From Sedimentisphaerales bacterium (GTDB lineage Bacteria > Planctomycetota > Phycisphaerae > Sedimentisphaerales > Anaerobacaceae): a stretch of 64,000 bases of DNA. The stretch is from positions 6,976,001 through 7,040,000 of the forward strand of contig OY970194.1 of NCBI GenBank assembly GCA_963708075.1. The letters run 5' to 3'. Both the position numbers and the translations under genes were made by a program. Under the pieces are notes generated by a model. The model was not told the origin of the DNA, did not search any database, and worked only from the letters and a program-made list of their open reading frames with translations. Position 1 is the stretch's first letter; the number at the start of each line of letters is the position of its first letter. This document shows, one piece after another, positions 45,791 to 57,244 of this stretch.

Positions 45791-46456
45791 ATGGCGATGT
45801 TGCTTGGAAGAAAAGTGGGCATGACGCGGGTCTACGACGAGGCGGGTCGTATGGTGCCGGTAACGGTCATTCAGGCCGGCCCATGCACCGTCACCCAGGT
45901 CAAGACCAGCCAGACGGATGGCTACAACGCCGTCCAGATGGGTTTCGATGACAAGAAATCGTCGCGGTGCACACAAGCTGAGGTCGGCCAGGCCAAGAAG
46001 GCCAATACGCGTCCGAAGAAGTTTACCCGGGAATGGCGTCTGCCCAAGATGATCGAGCCCAAATACAATCCAGGCGATTCCATCACGGTTTCTGTCTTTG
46101 CGGAAACCAAGCTGGTGGACGTATTGGCCACGAGCAAGGGTAAAGGCTTTCAGGGCCCGATGAAACGCCATGGCTTCAAAGGCTTTCCGGCCTCGCACGG
46201 TACGGAGCGAAAACACCGTGCCCCCGGCTCGATCTGTGCCTTTGCCAATAACTCCGGCATGGGCGGCGCCCTGAAGAAGGGCAAAAAGATGGCCGGCCAG
46301 ATGGGCAACGCCCAAATCACGAGCAAGAACCACGTTCTGGTGTCGGTCGACCAGGAAAACAATCTTTTGGTAGTCAAGGGAACCGTTCCGGGCCCGGCCG
46401 GCCAGTACTGTATCGTGAAAACGGCCAAGAGCCTGGGCACGGCGAGTGGAACCTGA
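45791..46456 (+). CDS. rplC: 50S ribosomal protein L3
   Basis: GRKVGMT, SKGKGFQG, HRAPGS. Confidence 0.98.
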   Translation: MAMLLGRKVGMTRVYDEAGRMVPVTVIQAGPCTVTQVKTSQTDGYNAVQMGFDDKKSSRCTQAEVGQAKKANTRPKKFTREWRLPKMIEPKYNPGDSITVSVFAETKLVDVLATSKGKGFQGPMKRHGFKGFPASHGTERKHRAPGSICAFANNSGMGGALKKGKKMAGQMGNAQITSKNHVLVSVDQENNLLVVKGTVPGPAGQYCIVKTAKSLGTASGT

Positions 46457-46457
46457 G

Positions 46458-47105
46458 ATGATTGAGTTGACTGTATATAATACCGGTGGACAGCAGGTCG
46501 ATACGATCCGTGTCGATGAATCGGTCTTGGGCGGCTGCATCCGCTACCCCCTGCTCAAGCAGGCGCTGGTGATGTACCACGCGAACAAGCGGGTCGGGAC
46601 CGCGAAGACCAGGAGCAGAGGTGTGGTCGCCGGTTCGACCAGGAAGATCTACCGGCAGAAGGGAACGGGTTACGCCCGGGCCGGCACCCGCAGGACCGGC
46701 AAACGCGTCGGCGGCGGTATGATTTTCGCCAAGGAGCCCCGGGACTTCAGCCAGCGTATGCCCCGCAAGCAGAAAAGGCTCGCGAGGGATTCGGCGGTTC
46801 TGGCCAAGCTGCGCGGCAACAAGGTCGTTGTCGTGGACGCCCTGGCGTTCGAGAAGCCGCGGACGAAGGACTTCGCCGGGATGCTGAAGAATCTCAAGAT
46901 AGATCGAAGCTGCGTGGTCGCGGTCAGCAGCCGTGATGAGAATATCTACAAGTCCGCACGCAACGTGCAGAAGATTGCCGTGCTGGCCGTGGCGGATCTG
47001 AACGCAGGGGATATCCTCAACCACCAGCAGATGCTGTTTACCAAAGACGCACTGGTGGAGTTTATGAACCGGGGACCCGGCGACGCGGGCGAGCAGACTG
47101 CGTAG
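46458..47105 (+). CDS. rplD: 50S ribosomal protein L4
   Basis: RQKGTGYARAG. Confidence 0.97.
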   Translation: MIELTVYNTGGQQVDTIRVDESVLGGCIRYPLLKQALVMYHANKRVGTAKTRSRGVVAGSTRKIYRQKGTGYARAGTRRTGKRVGGGMIFAKEPRDFSQRMPRKQKRLARDSAVLAKLRGNKVVVVDALAFEKPRTKDFAGMLKNLKIDRSCVVAVSSRDENIYKSARNVQKIAVLAVADLNAGDILNHQQMLFTKDALVEFMNRGPGDAGEQTA

Positions 47106-47153
47106 AGACGCCGGCCCGGCAAAGTGGAATCTACGTTTTGAATTGAGCTTTCG

Positions 47154-47432
47154 ATGGATAATTTCAGTGTAATAATTCGGCCGCTTATCACGGAACAAGG
47201 CATGCACTTTGCCAATGTCAAAGGCGCGTACTCGTTCCAAGTGCACAAGAAAGCGAACAAGACCGAGATCAAGAACGCTGTAGAGAAGATCTATAGCGTC
47301 AAGGTGGATAAGGTGCATACGGCCAACCACCAGGGCAAGAAGCGACGCAAGGGCAGAACCTTCGGCGTGACCTCAAGCTGGAAGAAGGCCGTGGTGTACC
47401 TGAAGCCGGATTATCACATCGATCTGTTCTAA
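47154..47432 (+). CDS. rplW: 50S ribosomal protein L23
   Basis: IIRPLITE, ANKTEIKNAVE, WKKAVV. Confidence 0.97.
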   Translation: MDNFSVIIRPLITEQGMHFANVKGAYSFQVHKKANKTEIKNAVEKIYSVKVDKVHTANHQGKKRRKGRTFGVTSSWKKAVVYLKPDYHIDLF

Positions 47433-47461
47433 TCGGGCGGATCCTGGAAAGAGATAGCAAT

Positions 47462-48313
47462 ATGGGTATTCGAAAGTACAAACCGACAAGCCCCGGACGC
47501 CGAGCAGGCACAGTGAATGACTATGCCGAGCTGACGACGGACAGTCCGGAGAAGAGTCTTTGCATAAGAGTCGGCAAGAACGGCGGAAGGAACCACAGCG
47601 GCAAGACCACCTCGCGGTTTCGCGGCGGCGGCTCCAGGAAGATTTACCGCATCATCGACTTCAAACGCAACAAAGATGGAATGCCCGCCAAAGTGGTGAG
47701 CGTCGAGTACGATCCGAACCGGAGCTGTTATATCTCCCTGCTGGAATACAGCGACGGCGAGAAGCGATACATCCTGACGCCCATGGGCGTTACCGCGGGC
47801 GACGTGCTGGAGAGCGGCGTGTTGTGCGAGCCGAAGCCCGGCAACTGCATGCCCCTGGCGTCCATCCCCACCAGCCTTGAAGTGCACAACGTCGAAATGA
47901 TAGCCGGCCAGGGCGGCAAGCTCGTCCGTGGCGCCGGCAGCTCCGCACGAATCATGGCCAAGGAGGGCGATTGGGTCACCCTCGTGCTGCCAAGCGGCGA
48001 AATGCGCATGGTGCGCAAGGAGTGCCGGGCGACCGTCGGCCGGCTGAGCAATCCTGACCACCAGAACATCAGCATTGGCAAGGCGGGCCGAAAGCGCCAT
48101 TATGGCTGGAGGCCGCACGTCAGAGGCAAGGCCCAGAACCCGGTCGATCATCCGCTGGGCGGCGGCGAAGGCCGATCCAACGGCGGTCGCCATCCCTGCT
48201 CACCGACGGGCGTGCTGGCCAAGGGCGGCAAGACGAGGAACCCGCGAAAGACCAGCAATAACAGAATCATTCGCCGACGAAGAAACAAGCGGAATGGCCA
48301 ATTGGTGCTCTAA
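47462..48313 (+). CDS. rplB: 50S ribosomal protein L2
   Basis: EYDPNRS, NPVDHPLGGGEG. Confidence 0.98.
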   Translation: MGIRKYKPTSPGRRAGTVNDYAELTTDSPEKSLCIRVGKNGGRNHSGKTTSRFRGGGSRKIYRIIDFKRNKDGMPAKVVSVEYDPNRSCYISLLEYSDGEKRYILTPMGVTAGDVLESGVLCEPKPGNCMPLASIPTSLEVHNVEMIAGQGGKLVRGAGSSARIMAKEGDWVTLVLPSGEMRMVRKECRATVGRLSNPDHQNISIGKAGRKRHYGWRPHVRGKAQNPVDHPLGGGEGRSNGGRHPCSPTGVLAKGGKTRNPRKTSNNRIIRRRRNKRNGQLVL

Positions 48314-48382
48314 GGCCCACCCGGCGTATCGGAGAACCAGGAAACGCTCAGATAAACCTGTGGAGTAGAAAAGAGACGCGAA

Positions 48383-48655
48383 ATGGGAAGATCTCTTAAA
48401 AAAGGACCATATGTCGATGAGAAGCTCTTTGCCAAGGTGAATCGGCAAGTGGCTACCGGCACACGCGATCCCATCAAGACCTGGGCGCGAAGGTGCACCA
48501 TCGTTCCGGAGTTCGTCGGCTTCACATTCATGGTCCACAATGGCAAGATGTTTCACAAAGTCTTTGTGACCGAGGATATGGTCGGACACAAGCTGGGTGA
48601 GTTTTCGCTGACGCGGACGTTCAAGGGACATTCGAGCAAGAAGCTCAAGGTGTAG
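48383..48655 (+). CDS. rpsS: 30S ribosomal protein S19
   Basis: [18 protein letters not shown]. Confidence 0.98.
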   Translation: MGRSLKKGPYVDEKLFAKVNRQVATGTRDPIKTWARRCTIVPEFVGFTFMVHNGKMFHKVFVTEDMVGHKLGEFSLTRTFKGHSSKKLKV

Positions 48656-48704
48656 AGCCGCCGGCGGAGTTGAAGGGAAGTCCGCTAAAGACGGGACATG
48701 ATAT

Positions 48705-49253
48705 ATGATTAGCCCTGCAAAATTGAAGAAAGTAGCGAAACGACAACGGGTAACCACGGAAGCCCTGGCGCGCGGGCTGGTCCGTGGCGGGCTCGATATG
48801 AAAGAGGCGACCTCGCGGGTGAAGAACTGGCAGAGAGGTCTGATGCGGCCTCTGCCCCACACGGAAGATGTGCGACGGCTCGCCGAGACGCTGTCGGTCG
48901 AGGCCAACGAGATTGCCGCGTGGCATTCTTCCTATATGTACGCCCCGCAGGCACCTCGCAAAGTGCGGCTGGTGACGCAGTTGATCCAGGGCCGCAATGT
49001 GCAGGAGGCGATGGACCTGCTGAAATTCACGAGAAAGCGTGCCGCCACGATGGTGGATCAGACGCTCAAGGCCGCCATTGCCGATGCGGACGAGCAGCAG
49101 GCCGATGTGGACAACCTGGTTGTCAGCGAGGCGCGCGTCGATGAGGCGGGCATCCGGCTGGGCACGAAGCGGTGGATCCCCAAGGACCGCGGTCGGGCTC
49201 ATCCGCTTCACAAGCTGGCCTGCCACATACACATAACAGTGACACAAAAGTAA
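48705..49253 (+). CDS. rplV: 50S ribosomal protein L22 with a ~70-aa N-terminal XRE-like HTH extension
   Basis: L22 body (PRKVRLV…RGRAH…HIHITV) starts near residue 72; between rpsS and rpsC. Confidence 0.93.
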   Translation: MISPAKLKKVAKRQRVTTEALARGLVRGGLDMKEATSRVKNWQRGLMRPLPHTEDVRRLAETLSVEANEIAAWHSSYMYAPQAPRKVRLVTQLIQGRNVQEAMDLLKFTRKRAATMVDQTLKAAIADADEQQADVDNLVVSEARVDEAGIRLGTKRWIPKDRGRAHPLHKLACHIHITVTQK

Positions 49254-49289
49254 AGAGGACAACGAGAGTCGTACTGAGATACCTGAACT

Positions 49290-50120
49290 ATGGGTCAGAA
49301 AACACAACCGATAGGCTTTAGAACAGGAATCACGCTGGGCTGGCAGAGCACGTGGTTTGCTCCGAAGAACAGCTACGGCGACTTCCTCGTCGAGGACCAG
49401 AAAATCCGGGGCTACATTGACCGGCGATTCAACCGCCAGATGCCCAAGGGGGCTGTGGCCAAGGTCGAGATCATTCGCACTCGCAACGAGGTGAATGTGA
49501 CCATGCACAGCGGGCGGCCGGGCGTGGTGATCGGTCCGCGAGGCGGCGAGGTCGACAAGGTCCGCGAGGAACTGGAAGCTCTGACCGGCCGCAAGGTCAC
49601 GGTGAACGTTATTGAGATCAAGGAGCCGGACCTCAACGCCGCGTTGGTGGCGGAGGGCGTTGCCGAGCAACTGTCCAAGCGTGCCTCGTTCCGACGCACG
49701 ATGAAGCAGTTCTGCGAGGCGGGGATGAACGCTGGAGCCAAAGGTGTGAAAATCATGACCAGCGGGCGCCTGGCCGGAGCTGAAATGGCCCGGCAGGAGA
49801 CCCAGAAGCTGGGAAGCATTCCACTGCACACGCTGGATGCCGACGTCGATTATGCGACGGCGACAGCCCGAACGACGTACGGCGCGATCGGTGTCAAGGT
49901 GTGGATCTATAAGGGCAAGTTTGGGGAGGAGATCGAGCGAGTGGAGCGAAAGCAAAGGCGTCGCCCGACGCGGGGCAGGCCGTACGGTCCTTCAGGTGGA
50001 CCGGGCTATGACGACCGCGGCGTGCCGGAACAGGCCGCGGTTGCTCCTGCAACGCCCCAGGGGCCGCCTGACAGGGGTCCAACCCCGGAGCCAACTCCCG
50101 GAGCCCAAGGGCAGGCATGA
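49290..50120 (+). CDS. rpsC: 30S ribosomal protein S3 with Pro/Gly-rich C-terminal tail
   Basis: MGQKTQPIGFR, SGRLAGAEMAR, GVKVWIYKG. Confidence 0.98.
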   Translation: MGQKTQPIGFRTGITLGWQSTWFAPKNSYGDFLVEDQKIRGYIDRRFNRQMPKGAVAKVEIIRTRNEVNVTMHSGRPGVVIGPRGGEVDKVREELEALTGRKVTVNVIEIKEPDLNAALVAEGVAEQLSKRASFRRTMKQFCEAGMNAGAKGVKIMTSGRLAGAEMARQETQKLGSIPLHTLDADVDYATATARTTYGAIGVKVWIYKGKFGEEIERVERKQRRRPTRGRPYGPSGGPGYDDRGVPEQAAVAPATPQGPPDRGPTPEPTPGAQGQA

Positions 50121-50162
50121 AGTGCCGGGCAAGTGGGAATCATAAGATAGAGGTCTGAACCT

Positions 50163-50582
50163 ATGGCGATGATGCCGAAGAGAGTCAAATACCGCAAGGC
50201 GCAGCGGGGCCGCATGAAGGGCAACGCCCAGCGGACCAACTACGTTGCGTTCGGCGAATACGGATTGCAGGCGCTGGAGATGAGTTGGGTCTCCGCGAAG
50301 AATATCGAGGCTGGTCGAGTGGCGGCGACCCACTTCCTCCATCGCGAAGGAAAGGTCTATATCCGGATCTTCCCGCGCCAGCCGGTGTCTTCAAAACCCC
50401 TGGAAACCCGTATGGGCAAAGGCAAAGGCGAGCCCGAGTTCTGGATCGCCCGCGTCCGGCCGGGCCAGATCTGTTTCGAGGTCGGCGGCGTCAGCGAGGA
50501 AGTGGCCAAGCAGGCGCTGTCACGAGTGGCTCATAAGATGCCCATCCGATGCCGCTTTGTAAAGCGAAGACATTCGCTGTAG
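50163..50582 (+). CDS. rplP: 50S ribosomal protein L16
   Basis: [16 protein letters not shown]. Confidence 0.98.
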   Translation: MAMMPKRVKYRKAQRGRMKGNAQRTNYVAFGEYGLQALEMSWVSAKNIEAGRVAATHFLHREGKVYIRIFPRQPVSSKPLETRMGKGKGEPEFWIARVRPGQICFEVGGVSEEVAKQALSRVAHKMPIRCRFVKRRHSL

Positions 50583-50596
50583 GACAGGAGATAACG

Positions 50597-50782
50597 GTGA
50601 AGGCCAAGCAACTGCGAGAGATGAGTCAGGATGAGCTGGGCAGCACGCTGCAGGATCTGGAAAAGCGGCTGTTTGACCTGCGTTCGCAGGCAGTGACCCA
50701 GAAGCTCGAGAATTCGAAGTCGATCATCAACGTGCGACGTGATATCGCGCGGATCAAGACGATCTTACATGAGAAGAAGTAG
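50597..50782 (+). CDS. rpmC: 50S ribosomal protein L29
   Basis: GTG start after AGGAG; RRDIARIKT. Confidence 0.95.
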   Translation: MKAKQLREMSQDELGSTLQDLEKRLFDLRSQAVTQKLENSKSIINVRRDIARIKTILHEKK

Positions 50783-50819
50783 ATAGCCCTGGACGCAGGA
50801 GCAGCGGAAAATTGCCCAT

Positions 50820-51080
50820 ATGGAAACAGGAAAGATGAAGACGTTGACCGGGATTGTCGCCAGTAACAGTGGCAGTAAGAGCATCCGGGTGACTATCGGC
50901 TACAAGGTTCGACATCCGAAGTACAACAAGTACATCCGGCGTGAGACGAGACTGGGCGTGCACGACGAGCGCAACGAAGGCAAGGTCGGCGATCTTGTCG
51001 AGATCACGGAGTGCAGGCCGATGAGCAAAACCAAGAGCTGGCGTCTTGTCCGAGTGATACAGAAGGCAGTGCAGGCTTGA
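50820..51080 (+). CDS. rpsQ: 30S ribosomal protein S17
   Basis: [18 protein letters not shown]. Confidence 0.97.
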   Translation: METGKMKTLTGIVASNSGSKSIRVTIGYKVRHPKYNKYIRRETRLGVHDERNEGKVGDLVEITECRPMSKTKSWRLVRVIQKAVQA

Positions 51081-51102
51081 GAGCCCGAGAGATTCGAAGA
51101 TT

Positions 51103-51489
51103 ATGATTCAGCCATTTACATTGTTGGATATCGCCGACAACTCCGGCGTCAAAGCGGCGATGTGTATTCGGGTCAAAAGAGGGACGTCGTCCAGGGGCAA
51201 CTTCACTCGCTCCATGGCCACGGTCGGAGACGTGATCTGGGTCGCCATCAAGAAGTCGCTGCCCACCTGCCAACTGGACGACAAGAAGGTGCACAAGTGC
51301 GTGGTGATTCGCACGAAGAAATCCATTCGGCGGCCCGACGGAAGCTATGTGCGGTTCGACAGCAACGCCGCGGTGATGATCGATGGCGAAGGCAACCCCA
51401 TCGGGACCCGCATCTTCGGCGCCGTGGCCCGCGAGCTTCGCGAGAAAAACTACATGAAGATCATCTCGCTGGCAGGCGAGGTTGTATAG
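51103..51489 (+). CDS. rplN: 50S ribosomal protein L14
   Basis: [25 protein letters not shown]. Confidence 0.97.
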   Translation: MIQPFTLLDIADNSGVKAAMCIRVKRGTSSRGNFTRSMATVGDVIWVAIKKSLPTCQLDDKKVHKCVVIRTKKSIRRPDGSYVRFDSNAAVMIDGEGNPIGTRIFGAVARELREKNYMKIISLAGEVV

Positions 51490-51518
51490 CATAGTACGCG
51501 GATTGAAGAGGCAGATAA

Positions 51519-51851
51519 ATGGCCTTACATGTGAAAAAAGGTGACACGGTGCAGATCATCGCCGGCGACCACAAGGGGCAAAGCGGCAAGGTGCTGCACG
51601 TCTACCCCGACAAGAACATGGTGGTCGTCCAGGGGCAGAATCTGGTGAAGAAACATGTCCGTCCCTCGCGGCGTAATCCGCAGGGGGGGCGCATCAGCAT
51701 CGAGCAGCCGATTCACATCAGCAAGGTGCTGCCGGTGAGCCCGAAGTCCTCCAAGGGCACCAGGGTGCGCTACTCCCAGGGACCGGATGGAAGCAAGAAG
51801 CGCGTGACGGTGGACGGCGCCGAGATCGGGACCGTCAAGAAGGCGAAATGA
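51519..51851 (+). CDS. rplX: 50S ribosomal protein L24
   Basis: KKGDTVQIIAGDHKG, EQPIHIS. Confidence 0.97.
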   Translation: MALHVKKGDTVQIIAGDHKGQSGKVLHVYPDKNMVVVQGQNLVKKHVRPSRRNPQGGRISIEQPIHISKVLPVSPKSSKGTRVRYSQGPDGSKKRVTVDGAEIGTVKKAK

Positions 51852-51907
51852 CAGCACCGGCGGATCGCTGAATCCACAGGTGCAGAGGACCGAAACTGAG
51901 CAAGCAT

Positions 51908-52471
51908 ATGGCGCGTTTACGAGATCTGTATAAGTCGAGAGTCATGCCCGAGCTGGTGAAAGAGTTCGGGTACACGAGTCCGATGGCCGTGCCCAAGGTG
52001 GAGAAGGTCGTGATCTCCATGGGAATCGGCCGGGCTACCCAGGACAAGAAGTACATCGAGCTCGCCAAGAAGGACCTGGCGTTGATCAGCGGGCAGCAGC
52101 CCGTGGTCTGCAAGGCCAAGAAGAGCGTGTCGAACTTCAAGGTCCGGCAGGGGCAGGAGACCGGCCTGAAAGTCACGCTGCGGGGCGTCCGGATGTACGA
52201 GTTCATGGACAGGCTGATCAACCTGGCCATCCCCCGGGTCCGCGACTTTCGCGGCCTGAACCCGAACAGCTTCGACGGCCGGGGCAACTACTCCATGGGA
52301 TTGGCCGAACAGAGCGTGTTCCCCGAGATCAACCCGGCTAAGGTCGAATTCCAGCAGGGTATGAACATTACGTTCAGTACGACGGCGCGAACGGACGAGG
52401 AGGCCCGCAGATTGCTGGCCTTGTTCGGCATGCCGTTCCGATCGCAAACGGCGGGACAGGCCGCCGGGTAA
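51908..52471 (+). CDS. rplE: 50S ribosomal protein L5
   Basis: PRVRDFRG, FDGRGNY. Confidence 0.98.
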   Translation: MARLRDLYKSRVMPELVKEFGYTSPMAVPKVEKVVISMGIGRATQDKKYIELAKKDLALISGQQPVVCKAKKSVSNFKVRQGQETGLKVTLRGVRMYEFMDRLINLAIPRVRDFRGLNPNSFDGRGNYSMGLAEQSVFPEINPAKVEFQQGMNITFSTTARTDEEARRLLALFGMPFRSQTAGQAAG

Positions 52472-52504
52472 ACCATTACAGGCAGCAGTTTCTGGAGCGT
52501 GTGA

Positions 52505-52690
52505 ATGTCGACCAAGGCATTAGAGAACAAGGTCAAGAAAAAGCAGAAGTTTCGTGTCCGGGAGTATACGCGATGTGAACTCTGCGGACGATCCCATGCG
52601 GTCTACCGCAAGTTCAAGGTTTGCAGGATCTGTTTCAGAACGTTAGCAAACGAGGGCAAGATACCGGGAGTCAAGAAAGCCAGTTGGTGA
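52505..52690 (+). CDS. rpsZ: 30S ribosomal protein S14 (short, zinc-binding type)
   Basis: 61 aa, CELC…[12 protein letters not shown]. Confidence 0.96.
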   Translation: MSTKALENKVKKKQKFRVREYTRCELCGRSHAVYRKFKVCRICFRTLANEGKIPGVKKASW

Positions 52691-52725
52691 GCCGGTTAGA
52701 AACCCCAACGTGCAGGATGTGATTC

Positions 52726-53124
52726 ATGAGTTTGAGCGACCCAATAGCAGATATGCTTACCCGTATTCGTAACGCAGTGCGTTCGAATAAGCGGCAGGTG
52801 AACGTCAGAGCGTCGAAGATATGCGAAGGTATCGCGGCGGCTCTGCAGCGAGAGGGGTACATCGAGGGCTTCGACCGGATCGATGACGGCAAACAGGGCG
52901 TACTGCGCATCATGCTGAAGTACAACCCGGAAGGCCTGCCCGCCATCACCGAGATCAAGAGGATCAGCAAGCCCGGCTGCAGGACGTATTCCTCTATCGA
53001 CAGCCTGCCGAGGGTCATGGGCGGCATGGGCGTCGCGATCGTATCGACAAGCAAAGGTGTGATCAGTGATCGAAGCTGCCGCGAGAACAAAGTCGGCGGC
53101 GAAGTGCTTTGCACGGTAAGCTAA
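52726..53124 (+). CDS. rpsH: 30S ribosomal protein S8
   Basis: DPIADMLTRIRN, STSKG. Confidence 0.98.
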   Translation: MSLSDPIADMLTRIRNAVRSNKRQVNVRASKICEGIAAALQREGYIEGFDRIDDGKQGVLRIMLKYNPEGLPAITEIKRISKPGCRTYSSIDSLPRVMGGMGVAIVSTSKGVISDRSCRENKVGGEVLCTVS

Positions 53125-53706
53125 ATGAGTCGAATTGGAAAAAAACCCGTTGAGATTCCGCAGGGCGTGAAAGTCGATCAGCAGGGCCAGACCGTGAAGG
53201 TCTCCGGGCCCCTGGGCTCGCTGGACTTCCAGTACGATCCGCGAGTCACGGTAACGGTGGATGCCTCGCAGCACAAAGTCGAGGTCGTCAACCCGCAACC
53301 GGAAGACCGCAAGAGCCGAGAGCTCCACGGCACCACGCGTGCCTTGATCGCCAACATGGTGGCTGGCGTCAGCAAGGGCTACGAGAAGAAGATGGAGATC
53401 TACGGCACCGGCTACAGCGCCAAAGAGCAGGGCGGCAAGCTCGTGTTGCAGGTCGGCTATGCCCACTCTGTGGAAGTACCGATCCCGCAGGGGATAAAAG
53501 TAATTATCGATGTGCCCGCGACGCGAGGCAATGATGTTCCGGCGAAGCTGACAATCCGCGGGGTTGACAAGGCTCTCCTGGGACAGTTTGCCTCGGACGT
53601 CAGAAGAGTAAGACCGCCTGAGCCGTACAAGGGGAAGGGCATCCGGTACGCGGATGAGCAGATCAAGCGCAAGGTCGGCAAGGCGTTCGCTTCAGGTGCA
53701 GCGTAA
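53125..53706 (+). CDS. rplF: 50S ribosomal protein L6
   Basis: [17 protein letters not shown]. Confidence 0.98.
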   Translation: MSRIGKKPVEIPQGVKVDQQGQTVKVSGPLGSLDFQYDPRVTVTVDASQHKVEVVNPQPEDRKSRELHGTTRALIANMVAGVSKGYEKKMEIYGTGYSAKEQGGKLVLQVGYAHSVEVPIPQGIKVIIDVPATRGNDVPAKLTIRGVDKALLGQFASDVRRVRPPEPYKGKGIRYADEQIKRKVGKAFASGAA

Positions 53707-53723
53707 TAGAGAAGTCGGATTCT

Positions 53724-54092
53724 ATGAAGACGGAAAAAACTAAGGCAGCAGCGTTACGACGCAGACATCACGTGCGAAAGAAGGTTTTTGGAACGCCGGA
53801 GAGACCGCGTCTGTCCGTGTATCGCTCCAACAAACACATCTATGCACAGTTGATCGACGATACGGCGGGGGTCACGCTGGTCGCCGCGAGCACAAAGGGC
53901 AAAGCCCTGCGGGACCAATTGCCTGCGGACGCCAAGAAGAGACAGATGGCGGAAGTGGTGGGCGAGGCGCTGGCCAAGCGAGCGCTGGATGTCGGCATCA
54001 AGTGCGTCTGCTTCGATCGAAACCGTTATAAATACCATGGTCGAGTGAAGTCTCTGGCTGATGCGGCTCGCAAAGCCGGGTTGGCGTTCTGA
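53724..54092 (+). CDS. rplR: 50S ribosomal protein L18
   Basis: [21 protein letters not shown]. Confidence 0.98.
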   Translation: MKTEKTKAAALRRRHHVRKKVFGTPERPRLSVYRSNKHIYAQLIDDTAGVTLVAASTKGKALRDQLPADAKKRQMAEVVGEALAKRALDVGIKCVCFDRNRYKYHGRVKSLADAARKAGLAF

Positions 54093-54121
54093 GACAGGAA
54101 GGCAGAGACTGGGAGACGAAA

Positions 54122-54625
54122 TTGGCGACAGAACCAATTAGAACACCCGAATACGAAGAAAAGCCGTTGGAAGATACGGTGGTGAAGATTTACCGTTGTT
54201 CCAAAGTGGTCAAGGGCGGCCGTCGATTCAGCTTTGCGGCTTTGGTGGTCGCCGGGGACCGGGCCGGCAATGTGGGCATCGGCTACGGCAAGGCCAACGA
54301 GGTGCCGCAGGCCGTTGAGAAAGGCGTCAAGGACGCCAAGAAATCCATGCACACCGTTCCGTTGGTGGGGCGGACTCTGCCGCACCCGGTGATCGGCAAG
54401 TACAGGGCCACGAAGATCATGATGGTGCCGGCCGCGCCGGGCACGGGCGTCATCGCCGGCTCCAGCGCCAGAGCGGTACTCGAATATGCGGGGGTCAGCG
54501 ACGTCCTGACAAAAGTCTACGGCAGCACCTCCGCCAAGAATGTCGTCAAGGCAACGCTTGACGGCCTGCTCAAGCTACGTAGCAAGCAGACGGTCGAATT
54601 GCTGCGGGGCGTGGCAGTTTCGTAA
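54122..54625 (+). CDS. rpsE: 30S ribosomal protein S5
   Basis: KVVKGGRRFSF; TTG start. Confidence 0.97.
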   Translation: MATEPIRTPEYEEKPLEDTVVKIYRCSKVVKGGRRFSFAALVVAGDRAGNVGIGYGKANEVPQAVEKGVKDAKKSMHTVPLVGRTLPHPVIGKYRATKIMMVPAAPGTGVIAGSSARAVLEYAGVSDVLTKVYGSTSAKNVVKATLDGLLKLRSKQTVELLRGVAVS

Positions 54626-54654
54626 CGACAAGCATGGCCAATTGGGTGAGTTAG

Positions 54655-55141
54655 ATGTTAAGTCATGAGATTACTTCTGTCGTAGGCAGACACAAAGCAC
54701 GCAAGCGTGTCGGAAGGGGTCGCGGCACGGGCCAGGGTGGGTCCTCCGGACGCGGAACCAAGGGCGCTCTCAGTAGAGCCGCGCCAAAAGGTTTCCACTC
54801 CGTGAAAGCGGGGCGACGCCCATGTTCCGGCATCTGCCCAAACGCGGGTTCAACAACAAGGAATTCGCCACGAGGTTCATGGTGGTGAATGTCTCGCAAC
54901 TGGAGCGGTTCGACGATGCGCGCAGGTGGGCGTGGAGCAACTGTCCACTGCCGGCCTGATTGCCGGCGTCGAGACCAAGGTGAAGATCCTCGGTGACGGC
55001 GAGCTGACGAAGCGGTTGCAAGTAGTCGCCCACAAGTTCAGCAAGTCCGCCGAGCAGAAGATCGTCGGCTGCGGCGGAACCGCCACGAAGATCGCCCAGA
55101 AGAAGAAACCGTCCAGGAGGAGGAAAGAGGTCAAGGCATAG
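54655..55141 (+). CDS. rplO: 50S ribosomal protein L15, two -1 frameshifts (near 54781 and 54918)
   Basis: [24 protein letters not shown] in a second frame; VKILGDGEL…FSKSAEQKI in a third. Confidence 0.93.
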
Positions 55142-55193
55142 CTATATCGGTTGTTGATCCGATGGAATTTCAGAATCTGCGGAGAACGCATAC

Positions 55194-56545
<1,352 letters not shown>

Positions 56546-56549
<4 letters not shown>

Positions 56550-57214
56550 GAATCGTCGTACTGGGTGCACCCGGCGCGGGCAAAGGAACACACTGCAAGC
56601 GGATCGCAGACCGATACCGTGTTGTCCACCTGTCGAGCGGGGATATCCTGCGACGTGAGCGGGCCGAAGGCACTGACCTCGGCAAGAAGGCACAAAGTTA
56701 CATGGATGCGGGCACGTTGGTGCCCGACGACCTGATCGTTCAGATGATGAGCAATGCCGTGGCCGGCTCAGCCGGCTACGTCCTGGACGGGTTTCCCAGG
56801 ACGGTCAACCAGGCCCAGGCGCTGGATGAGTCGCTGGCGGGCGGCAAGGGCGGCATCGATATCGTCATAAACCTGCAGGTCGATAATGGCGTAGTACTGG
56901 ACAGGATAACGGGGCGACGAAGCTGTCCTAAGTGCGGAGCCGTGTACCATATCCGGAACATGCGGCCCAAACGTGATGGGGTCTGTGACCTGGATGGTAC
57001 AAAGCTCGTACAGCGTCCGGATGATACGGAAGAGGTGGTCAAGAACCGCCTCGCGACGTATTATCAGCAGACCGAGCCCGTCGTGGAGTACTACAAGAGT
57101 AAGAGAACCGTCCACGATATTGATGCCAATGCGGACGCCGATAGCGCGGCCGCTGCAATATTCCGCAAGCTGGATCCGCTTGTCGGAGAGGCGGGGCGGC
57201 GTCGGCAGCAGTAA
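56546..57214 (+). CDS. adk: Adenylate kinase
   Basis: GAPGAGKGT, LDGFPRT, Cys-containing lid. Confidence 0.97.
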
Positions 57215-57244
57215 ATGCGCCCCGGGAAATGATAAAGTTGTGAA

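Noticed and set aside
49925..50120. Pro/Gly-rich S3 tail (and the Ala/Glu/Pro tail of L17) as novel domains
   Set aside because: Low-complexity tails on these proteins are common and show no domain pattern.
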